A stretch of 63,873 nucleotides of DNA, filler included, from Trichosphaerium sp. ATCC 40318 (taxonomy: Eukaryota; Protista; Tubulinea): NCBI GenBank assembly GCA_038496445.1. It is 5 parts of 5 records of this genome, joined end to end, with 100 filler letters (N's around TTAATTAATTAA, not from the genome) between each part and the next. Parts side by side here need not be neighbours in the genome. Positions count along the whole stretch, not along the records: positions 15,555 to 35,250 come from JALMLS010000437.1; positions 35,351 to 49,426 come from JALMLS010000611.1; 3 more parts are not named here. One strand, given 5' to 3'. Position numbers and translations under genes: made by a program. Below, one piece after another: positions 24,834-35,795 of the stretch (within the stretch, counting starts at the first letter, position 1; each line of letters begins with the position of its first letter). The notes beneath the pieces are model-generated. The model was not told the origin of the DNA, made no database searches, and worked only from the letters and a program-made list of their open reading frames with translations.

Positions 24834-27226
24834 ATGACTTCTACTTCAAATGTTCCTTCAACTTCCGATGTCACAGGCATTACAGACTACGACTCCTCTT
24901 TTGAAACCCTTCAAAACCTTTTGATTACTTCTGGCGAAAAAGGCCGTAGCTCTGAATCTGACATGCTCTCGTCTTGCTTCCAAAGCGGCGTCAGCAAAGA
25001 TTTTCCTTCTTCTTGGATTAAAACAGATTTGTCAATTCGGAAAAATTTCCTAAACTTTTTCGTTCGTGTTTGCCGCGACCATTTGCAATGCCCAAACATT
25101 TTCTTCACCGACAAAGGCCGCCTGGCCCCTATTTCACAAGAAATTTCTGATTTCTTGCTTTCACATACTTCGAACAGCTCTAACCCCTCTCTCATAGTTC
25201 CAAATCAATCCCCAACCACATTGGCTCCAGCTCCTTCTCAAGCTTTGGTACTCGGCAAGATCCTCGAACAGATGACCGTATTGGCGCAATCCATGAAGTC
25301 GTTTCAGTCACCAGCTTCGTCCTCTCCTTCCTCCGCAGCTCCTTCGAGAACTGCAAAAGAAGCAAGACGCACTGGCTCCTCTGCTGACTCCACTAAGCAG
25401 ACTAATACAGGTCTAAAAATTAAAGTGGTATATACCAGTTTTTTTATGGTATATACCACTTTTTTCAACAAAATGGTATATGAACTGGTATATGAACTGG
25501 TATATACCATTTTGAAATACCACTTTTTTTAGAAATTAAGTGAATAAAAAAGAGGTATATGGAAGTGGTATATACCACTTTTCATTCACATAATGAGACC
25601 TTCTAAAAATGGTATATAAAGTGGTATATACCATTTTTTTATGGTATGTGGTATATACCACCTTTTTATTGGTATATACCACTTTTATGGTATACTTCAA
25701 GAAGGTCATTAAGGAGCTTTTTGGTAATGGGTTTTCTTGTTGAACGATCATAGACGTCATACATTGAACGGTGCGTAGGGACCTTAGTATATCATAGAAT
25801 CTAACCAAACCAGGCTCATTCGAACCGCAGGACCTGATTACAGTACCAACATTAAGGAAACTATATTGCAGGTATTATACAGACGTTCGTGGGTACCAGA
25901 CAAAGTTTTATTTTATTTTCGTTTGATATACATTAACCGACCTCCGTAGGCCTTAGTAATTGATGGATTCAGGTGGAACCACTTTCATTAGGTGCGCAGC
26001 ATGTTTTTAAAGTAGGTACAGCAAGCTCATGGAGATGGACAAATTTTCCAGACGCCCATAGTAATGTAACTGTAGTGGACATTGTCCAAAACTTGTAACT
26101 CACAAACTGTGTATTAAATAAAGTGTATTTTCTGGAATTGCAGGTGTACCATAAGTAGGCATAAAGTGGTATATAAGAGTGGTATATACCATGAAAAATT
26201 GGTATAAAAAAGTGGTATATAACTGGTATATACCTAAAAAAAGTGGTATAAAAAAGTGGTATATTTTTTTTTTTTCTGGTGAAAAAAAGTGGTATATTTC
26301 TGTTTTTATACCTGTTTTTTTTATTATATTTTTTTTGTATATTGTTGGTATATTTGGTCAATATACCACTATTGTTGGTATATTTGGTCAATATACCACT
26401 TTTTTTGGTATATTTCGGTCAAAATATACCACTTTTTTTGGTATATACCATAAAAAACTGGTATAAAAAAGTGGTATAAAAGTGGTATATACCAAAAAAA
26501 CTGGTATATTTTTTTAGACCTGATGGCTCTAAGTCTTCTGGTTGCCGCTCCTCTCCACCGATCGCTGCTGGTATGCTTGATGAGGAGTCTGACTCCGATG
26601 GTGATTATTTTGTCCCTGCTGACAAAATTGATGTTTTAGAGGAGAATTTGGAACATGAGTACCTGGACCCTGCTGCTCCTTCGAAACGCTTGAAACGTTC
26701 TCATTCACCTGAGGATCACCCTGATGATTCTCGCAAGAAACGGTTAGTACCTTCTGCACATGCACCCGTGATTTTTCTTTCTACTCTATGCAGCTGTAAC
26801 TCCCTTTTGCTTTCCGGAGCGTCTCGCACAGAGCTCCTCAGCGATACGAGTTACAGCCCAGTCGAGTTCGCCATGCTTAACATGCGCGCTATTCTCAAAT
26901 TCATCTCCATGGTGAAAGAGAATTCTCTTACTTTTGGTGCTTTAGTTGACTATGTCAATTATTTGGAGCACATTTTCTCATTTATTTCCAAAGATCTAAG
27001 GTGGACCGGTCCAAGGAGTATTCGACAGCTGGACTTGCAGATGCGCTCCGATCTATCAGGAAACGACTCCAAGTGGTGCGACATTCCTTCATACCTTTCT
27101 GCTATTCACTGTGTCCCACGTGACCACCATGGTAGCTTGAGGAAAACAAAGGAAACAGCATCCGACAGCTTGAACGCACCATCGAAAAGATCCAAAACGC
27201 CCAAGACACCCAAAAAGACCACTTAA
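24834..27226 (+). pseudogene. gag-like ORF1 split by element C
   Basis: Deleting 25408-26522 fuses ...KQTNN to GSKSSG...MLDEESD in frame; C-terminal YLEHIFSFISKDLRWTGPRSIRQLDLQMRSDLSGNDSKW. Confidence 0.75.
25408..26522. mobile_element. Non-autonomous TIR element, family C (1115 bp)
   Basis: TIR CAGGTCTAAAAA/TTTTTAGACCTG; many GGTATATACC palindromic subterminal repeats; removal restores the host ORF. Confidence 0.9.
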
Positions 27227-27261
27227 GATGCCACGAAGACCATCGATCCATGAAATCTTGT

Positions 27262-28384
27262 CAGGGCTGAAACTAAACAAGGCTTTGCCTTAAATATGAA
27301 GGCATTTTTTTAAAATTAGGCATTGATGGCAAAAATCAGGCATGCAAAAATGGCAATGCCTGATTTTGCAAAGGCAATGGCAGAAAAGGCAAAAATCAGG
27401 CATTGAAATAAGGCTTTGTTGGGCAATGCCTTAATTGTTGCAATGCCTTGTTTTTTTTAGGCAATGCCTGCCCTAGTTTTTTTATGCATTGCCAGCCTTA
27501 AATTTACAGGCACCAATTAGGCATTGGTTGTGTACACATTGTACATTAAGGATACATTGGTTTAAGGTAAGTTTCCACCACACCAACACTTCCTAAACAT
27601 TTTTTTTCATTTACTACTGACGTTTTATATAGACGACGTCGCCACACTCTTAGTATTTTATAGATTCTAACGAAACCACTGCCATTCAAACCGCAGCACC
27701 CAAATTCACCTACAATAGGAGTATAGGTACTTTAAACCATTTTTCCAGTCCGCGAAAATTATACCAATAATTTGTTAATTTTTTAAGCTAAAGGTTTTTA
27801 TTCACATGGAGGACATTGAAGTTTTTTGTGTTTTGTGTACTGTACTTTAATAAATGAATCACTATTGTATGTCTATATAAAGCCTTGTTTTATGAGTATA
27901 TAGTGCCTGGGTTATGCCCAAAAATTGAGGGCAAAAATGCCTTATTGTTGCACTAAAAATGAGGCATTATTGGACCAACAATGCAGGCTATTTTAAGGCT
28001 AATTAGTGAACCAGTTGCTTGCTATTTGGCCCAAATATGAGGCTTCAAAGCCCAAAATTACAAGGCAATGCCTCATATTTGCTCATTTTTTTTGGCAAAA
28101 ACAAGGCAATTTGGTGAAAAATAAGGCTGTATTTGGTGGCAAAAAAAAGGCTTTTGCAAAAAAAGCCTTATTTAGTTTCAGCCCTGCTATTTTAAGGCTA
28201 ATTAGTGAACCAGTTGCTTGCTATTTGGCTCAAATATGAGGCTTCAAAGCCCAAAAGTACAAGGCAATGCCTCATATTTGCCCATTTTTTTTGGCAAAAA
28301 CAAGGCAATTTGGTGAAAAATAAGGCTGATTTGGTGGCAAAAAAAAGGCTTTTGCAAAAAAAGCCTTATTTAGTTTCAGCCCTG
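27262..28384. mobile_element. Non-autonomous TIR element, family B copy 1, with a duplicated right end
   Basis: 25-bp TIR CAGGGCTGAAACTAAA(C/T)AAGGCTTT; GT on both flanks; AGGCA/TGCCT subterminal repeats. Confidence 0.92.
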
Positions 28385-28819
28385 GTGGGAGATGTCATTT
28401 TCGCGACTGATATGTTGCCAAAAGGGGTAGTCCTTTCACCCCTTACTATTCGTGTTCACCTCTGGAATAAAATGCTTTCTGATCACCCTCTGTGTTCCGT
28501 TATTGTCGCCTGGCTTACTTATGGTGTCAGTGTGGTTAACCAAAATGCTCCCTCTGAGCCTACATTTGTTAACAATTATTCCTCTTGCTTCGAACACGAG
28601 AAATTACTCAGTGATGACGTTTCTCACGAACTCTCTCTCGAAAAAATAGCTCCTTGCTCTTTCAAACCCTTCCGCTCCAATGCCCTAGGTGTCGTAGTTA
28701 AATCCAACAGCAAAGCACGCCGCGTGGTTGATCTCAGCGCACCTCGAGGCCGATCTGTCAACGACATGAATGTGCCTCCACATTTCAAAATGGCAGGTAT
28801 TGCTGAAGCCATTCGCTTC
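28385..28819 (+). pseudogene. DIRS/Ngaro-type reverse transcriptase N-terminal fragment
   Basis: WNKMLSDHP..WLTYGV..NNYSS..ELSLEKI..NALGVVVKSNSKARRVVDLSAPRGRSVND; truncated before the catalytic xxDD. Confidence 0.85.
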
Positions 28820-30890
28820 CAGTAGTAAAATAGAAATGGGAATTTTTAAGTAATCCACCCTGTTTTTCTATGGGAAAAGTAGACAGAAAAACTCTTCCTT
28901 AATTCCCATTGAATTTATATAAAATTCTGTAAGTATTACTCATAGAATTCTTAAAGTATTACTTTTGGAATTGCATATGTATTTTATATAGAATTCTCTA
29001 TGTATTCTTTATAGCATTTCTTATGTATTTTTTGTAGATTTCAATAAAAAATACTTTATAAATTACACAAAATATTATTCAATACTTTGGTTCAGATTTA
29101 ATGCAAAGTCATTTTATTTATTGATCATTACAAAATACAAACATCCTAAATAATATGTACAAGTTAAATACATCGTGTCTTCATAAACGAAAGAAGTAAT
29201 TTGATTGCATTTGGTTTTGAGAGCCTGAACAATAATTAATGCGTTTGTAAACGCTAAATTAAGAACGTGTAGGGTTTTTTGATAAATTAAGTGGAAATAA
29301 GCTTTAAAAACAACGTACTTGGAGTTAATGCTTTAAATACATTCTTTAATGGTGTAATAAGGCTGTTGCAATGCTTTAATCATCCTAAAACAGATAAGTA
29401 AGAGATATTTATGTTTAAGTGATTTTCCAAACAGGGCTGAAACTCAACAAGGCATTTTTGGACAATGCCTAGGCATTTTCATCCAAATAATGCCTTATTT
29501 TTTACAAAAATGCCTAGTTTTTGCCTCATTCAAAAAGGCAAATACAGGGCAATGCCTTATTTTTTGCTCCAAAAATGCCTTATATTTGATGAAAAATGCT
29601 TGCATCTGGTACACAAGATTGCAATGGTTTTGCCTGCATATTTTTAGGAATTATGCCCTTCAAATTAGGGCATAACTCATGCATCAATGCCTTATTTTGA
29701 AGGCAAAAAGAAGGCATTATCATAGTCTATAGTGCCTAATAAACCAGGGCATTTTCAGGTAATAACACAACTATTTATTTTATAATACAGTACACATACA
29801 ATACACAAAACTCCTAAGTCCACATTTGAAAAAACCTTAAAGAAAATATGAGATGGTGTAGAAAAAAAAAAAAAAAAAACTTACCTTGTAGTGTTAGAAT
29901 TCCGCGGTCCTGGAAATATCGCGGAGTTCACTCCTACTACTATTGTAGGTGAAATAGGGTGCTGTGGTTCGTTTGGCGGTGGTTTCGTCTAATTTCATGA
30001 ATTACTAAGAGCGCTAGATGCCTATCTATATAAAACGTCAGTAGGTGATGTGAAAAAAAAAGTGTAAAAGTTGTTTGACTGTTACTTACCTTAAAACACT
30101 TCCTTAAAGTGATCAGTCCTATGATATAGTATAGGCAATGCCTTATATATGAATTAAAATACAAGGCATATATTGCTTAAAAAAATAAGGCATAATAAAG
30201 GCATAAAGTACTTGCAATACAGGGCATTACTTGATTTTCTGCAATGCCAAAAAATGCAATACAAGACATTACCTGATTTTATGCAATGCCAAAAGATGCC
30301 CAAAAATGCCTGGTATTAATGCCTTTTTGATGAAGGCATTGCCTTTTTGTAAAAATGCCTTATTTTATTGGGCATTGCCAAATGCAAATGCCTTGATTTT
30401 GCCATTTGATGCCAAATGTTAGGAATATGCATCATTTTTTAAGGCAATGCCTAGCTGAGTTTCAGCCCTGAACCACCTAAAACGTGTTCTCCGTTACTTT
30501 TTGGATTAACGCACTTTAACCTGTACCATTGGTTTTTTCACCTTTAATAATAGCATGTGGATATTGTTTGCTAGAAAAACCTATGTACCTAAGGTGTCGA
30601 TGGTTTTTTGCAAATATAAACTAAACCCTAACCCTAACTTAATTTGTACTTTCATAAACCTCAACCCTAGCCCTAACCCTAACCCTAACTAAATTAGTAC
30701 ATTATTTGGTGGATTTTGTACAATAATTCTGAAAATTCCGTATTTAAGGGAATATTATGGTAATTCTATCAAAAATCCTGCCATAAAAAAAAATAAAAAT
30801 AAGAATTCTTCACAAATTACCTTAAAAATCCCTAAAACAAAGGAATTTAGTGGGATTTATATCCAAAATCCCGTTTTCATTTTACCACTG
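28820..30890. mobile_element. Family A copy 2, containing nested element B2
   Basis: Near-identical to 1373-2403 once 29432-30470 and one AA are removed. Confidence 0.92.
29432..30470. mobile_element. Family B copy 2 (1039 bp), opposite orientation to B1
   Basis: 15-bp perfect TIR CAGGGCTGAAACTCA; the empty site in A1 (TTCCAAACCACC) shows a 2-bp AA duplication. Confidence 0.95.
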
Positions 30891-33467
30891 AAGATCACTT
30901 TCAGAGCTCTTGTAAAGAGCGGTGATGCAAACACTGGCGACTTTTGGTGGCCTAACTTGGAAGGAGATGTCACCTTGACAGAATCGTCAGAATCCCTTCC
31001 AAACACAGGATGGTTCCAAACTCAAGTACGCTTTTTTCCTTTCATGTTGTTGTCGTAATGTATCGCGTACTTATTCTCTACCAAGCTTGGACAATCATGC
31101 ACTGATAGATGTGAGGCTGAGAGCCTCAAATGTGATACTGTTTCAATGGAAAGTATCAACAGCATCAGTAAAGTTGAATCTGAATTATCGCCAGCAGGCT
31201 TTATTTGCGAAAAACCAATCTTGAGCGGTTGTAGCTCTATTGGTGCTTCTCAAAGTGCTGATGGATTTTGCTATTTTGACAACACAAGATGTGAATCTCA
31301 AGGTCGTACAGATGAAGCTGTTTCATGTGAGGCTAAAACCACAGATGAAGAAGACGGGTATGCTCCTTTTTTTCAGGAAACTGTTTTTCTCAAACTAACT
31401 CTTTCACTGTAGTCTTCGCTTCTGTAAATGTATTGAAGTCACTCAAGCACCTGTAGAGCCAGAAAACACCACAGTTCCAACAAATGCTCCTCCAACAACT
31501 GATGCGCCTACTGTTGCTCCTACTGTTACTGCTATTGAAGTACTTGCTCCTTCAAACGAAACCTCCTTTTTGTCACCATCATTGCGACCAAAGGTTTCAG
31601 TATTGTTCCTCTGTTTGTGCACACTTGGCTTGGCTTTCTTCAAAGGAGGTCGTTCATCAACACCTATGCTACTTGTAGTTGTAGTTGTTGCTCTTATTGC
31701 TATGCCATCAGTGCAAGGACATAACTGGATGTTCAGTCTTAGTAGACGTCCATACGCAAGTACAGAAACACCTTGTCCTCCGGTAAATCAAGAATATCCT
31801 CATGTTCAAGTTGGACCGAATCAAGAGTTCGAGATGGAGTGGGCTCAAGGCCACAGCAGTACATCTTACTTCATTATCATGCACCAGAAGTACGAGGACA
31901 AGTTGAAGCTAAACAACCAAGCTCTATTTGCAAAGTACTTTAATGACGCACCTGCCGGAGCTGTAAAGACACTTGAAGTCCTTCACAGACGTTTCGCTTA
32001 TCGTGAACCTAATGCAGTAAAAGACGCTCCACTTGGTGACGAGATCTTAAGCACAGATGGAGACTTTATTCCTAGACCAGAAGCTTTTGGTGGTTGGGGT
32101 GTTAACGCAACGTTATTCAACTACAAGGAAAACCTTCACGAGAATAACTACGCTGAATATGAACATCCCGATATGCCTTGGGTTGAAGCCATCTTTAAAG
32201 CAGAACATCTCACAGGACAACCTAGAGATGCTGATATGGCTAAATTTACTATACCTGGCCGAGCTGGTACAGGTAGATACATCGTTCATTGGCTATGGAG
32301 AGGTTACAGGGATTGTATTGACATTGATTACGTTGAAGAAAATGTTGAAGAGATCTATGGTGTTGCAGACGAATCAGAATCTTACGCGTACGATACCATA
32401 CGTTTTAGTTGCCTTTTTTTTTTTTGACTAGTTTTGGTCGTTTTCTTGACCTGATTTTATGTAAATCTACTGGTTTAGACTTGAATCACGTGATTGTAGT
32501 GTTCGAAAACTTATTTTATTTTAGACGCGTAGATCATTGTTATTTCCCAGAATACCGTTCGGCAGGAGGTAAGCGTATATGATTAATACAAACGAATCTT
32601 TGTTGACACCTTTTTGTAGATTGCAGTCGCTTAGTCTCTAACGATTTGGCTTACTGCCAAAGAAGGTGTACAACCAACTGTGCTGGTGTGGCTGTTATGC
32701 CTTTATCAGTAGCAAATTTCTACAGCGAAGAAGCTGGTCTTGTTGACCCTTCGTGCATGAACCTATTCAATATGACAATAGAAACTGAAGCACCAGAGGA
32801 TATTAATGTTTGCTTTTATGTTAGAGCTAGATTGCCTTCTGATACTTTTGGTGTCAACGAAATTGTATACCCAGATGACCCAGCATATCAAGCAACTTGC
32901 TTCATGAAAACCCCAGGGCGTGTATTCCCTGGGTACGTACCACCAACGACAAAACACATTCCATGGAAACACGGAGACAAATGCATTGATTGTGACACTG
33001 TTAAATTGAATAGTGTTTTATCAGTAATCCCAAAATGGCCTCTTTCTGACGATTGTGTTAATTGTGACCGCGAGCCGAGCACAATTGAACTACCCAAGGT
33101 ACCTACACTTACAAATGAAAGGGTAAACTCTACCTGTAATGGAGCAAACGGCCTCTGGAGAAATGTCAATGGATCAAAATATCATACTTGTAATGGTACA
33201 AACGCAGAAGTTGGTGAACTATGTCACAAGCAACTTTCTATCAACGGACGTTCGCTAAACGTCCAATTCTTCCCTTCAGAGTGCGCAGCAGCTGCAGCTA
33301 GGGATCCTGAATGTGCAGGCCATGTATCAATATACGGAGGTAGTCTATATGTTGGCTCTAAACGAAGTGGAAAATGCTACTGCCAAACAAAGGTAGAGTG
33401 TTGTAATGGGTGTCATCGCATATCTAGAAATGAACGTTGGACATTATTCGATGTTGAATACTTGTAA
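30891..33467 (+). CDS. 5'-truncated multidomain surface protein: Reeler-like end, Cys-rich domain, PT linker, two hydrophobic helices, His-brace/LPMO-like domain, Cys-rich C-terminus
   Basis: Spliced frame is continuous from KITFRALVKSG through GQSC..C....C..LRFCKC, the hydrophobic pair, SVQG|HNWM..WAQGH and WLWRGYRDCIDI. Confidence 0.75.
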
Positions 33468-33799
33468 ACCTATAACAATAAAACCATCCTTGTGAATTAA
33501 GAGTACACTAAATCGTTGAGTCTTGTGATCTGTGACAAACATTACTTTTATTGGAAAAAACCAAGAATCAAACAAATGACGCTGATTCAATTTTTTCCTA
33601 CGCCTAGACGCACTTGGATAACTCTCAAGTATTGGTGTATAATTAATTGTTTAGTTTGTCATATATGAAGACGTATGCTTCTTAAAATAGTGAGGAACTA
33701 TCAATGCACAACAACTAGTTGTTTATTACAAATCCGAGCTAGTAGTTCTTGAACGATTGCTAGTATAGATCAACCAATACACTAATCAAAGATGCTGTC

Positions 33800-35070
33800 A
33801 TTAACGTATTACAGCGGGGCGAAAACTCCTAACGTTTTCCCATCATACAGCCTTGAAATTTCTATTAATAAGCTACAAAAGACATATGAGTTTGTTTTTG
33901 TGAAATGGTCGAGCACTTTATTTGATGTTTTACAAAATAGTTACAATGTTAGTAAATGTTTGTTCTTGTGTTGCATCATTATCGAATATATTATCATCAT
34001 AAAGAACTGCTTGCTGGTCAATAACAGTATTAATATGAGGAGTGAAAGTATCACCAAAATCAAGACCAACAAGAACACCATAACGACTAACAAGAAGGTT
34101 TGTTAAAACAGTTTCCAATGTAACTTCATCAACAATAACACCTTGAGCATGTACAGAAAGTCTTTGTAACCTTGGTACCATACTACTATTAGCTAGAGAC
34201 TCAAAGAAGTTTACTTTATCAGAAATTGATGCATCAGCATAACCAAGAGTAGTAATAGAAGAATTTGGGTTGTTAAGAGCATCTAAGAAAAGCTTGTTGT
34301 AACTTTCTTCGAATCCAGGAATTTCATGGCTAAATCACGTGTAAGTGTCAAATGTCAAACACCAAAAAAAATCAAAAATTCGAGAAAACTACGATCACGT
34401 GTGTTTTGTGAAACGTCGGGTTTTATCCTCAAGGCATGTAAAACTAATTTACATCATAATATAACGTAAATGATGTTGTAACGAAGCTGTAGCGTCAGCA
34501 GAATAAAACTTCTTTTCAAAAAAAAAAAAAAAGAATTTCACGACAGGTTTGGAAGCGCTTGACAACAAACATATCCAAATATCTAAACGACTGTGTTACG
34601 TACTTATTACAGAACCTTATGAGAAGAGTCTTCAATGATGAATTATACTTTATAGACTTCATCAATACATAGAAAGTCTCCTTTCTGAAAACAACACCAT
34701 CCAAACATAAATACGTTAAAACATTTCTTTCAAGCCTATAAGTCATAGCTTTTGTTATAGCCATATCGATAACATATCCATTATTACTCAACCTTGTAGC
34801 TTTTGTAATATTCCTACAAAGTATCTTCTTTATAAGGTCAAAAGAGAGGAACTGAAAGAGACCATCTTGCTTGTATTTCGAGATAAGGATCAATCTAACT
34901 TCTGACCATGTGAAATCACTTGATACCTTATTTATAGTAGATACACGCCAACCAGATGCTTGTTCCGAGTTTACGAAAACGTTTATAGCGTTTATAGTAA
35001 TATTGCCGTTATACCTTTTAATAAATACGTTAATGAATGCGCTATACGATAAACAGCGGAACAATGGCAT
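33800..35070 (-). CDS. One or two RNI/LRR-like hypothetical proteins, possibly degenerate
   Basis: KYNSSLKTLLI; NPNSSITTLGY; RLQRLSV. Confidence 0.35.
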
Positions 35071-35250
35071 CGTTGTGGTTTATTTGCTAAAAACCGACAA
35101 CTTTTTATTAAAATCATAATTTGAAGCCTTTTTCTAGTCTGCGATGGTGTGTAGTATAAAATAGCGAATGTTTGACGCCGACGTACAAATCTGGATGATA
35201 ATCAACTTGATACGGCGTTAAACGCCCTAAACGCTTTGTGAACTCCGCAA

Positions 35251-35350
35251 NNNNNNNNNNNNNNNNNNNNNNNNNNNNNNNNNNNNNNNNNNNNTTAATT
35301 AATTAANNNNNNNNNNNNNNNNNNNNNNNNNNNNNNNNNNNNNNNNNNNN
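35251..35350. other. Artificial contig linker
   Basis: N44-TTAATTAATTAA-N44. Confidence 0.98.
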
Positions 35351-35795
35351 ACGTGCCATCAACAAATGCAAAGTTTGAGGTAACGACACAGGCGTACGCT
35401 GTATGGCACGTTGGGTGTGTTGGGTAAGCTTTCACTTAATACAAAGCGAAGTGGCTTCCCTGTGTGCAAAAATTTTTGTCTCCACATGTTCACACCGTTT
35501 TTGCACGGAAGCAGTGTGTTTAGGGCATGGTAACCGTTTTAACTTTCTATGAATGGTATACCTGGTTAAAAAACGTTCGTAAGACTAAAACAAAGTACCT
35601 GAGAAAGATTCAGCGCTGCTAGCAAAGTTCGGTTTTCGAGGCTAGTATTCACTGAAGTGAATTCACGTGAGCACTTTTTTCGGTTTCAGCGCTAAAGGTA
35701 CATGTAAGCGCTTTTATTGGTAGGAAATGGTAAATGTGGAATTTTGCTTCTTGTACTGAGTGCTAGGGTGACTTAACTCAAAAATAAAGAGGTAT

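Larger units (their letters stand above)
24740..28819 (+). mobile_element. DIRS/Ngaro-like retrotransposon 5' half (gag-like ORF plus RT start), interrupted by TIR elements; left boundary approximate
   Basis: Intronless ORFs; gag-like Y..I....W.....D..R......W motif; DIRS-type RT N-terminus. Confidence 0.8.

Noticed and set aside
25304-30422. ORFs rich in VYT/IPL or KKA/NAL inside elements B and C
   Set aside because: Translations of subterminal repeat arrays with no transposase motifs
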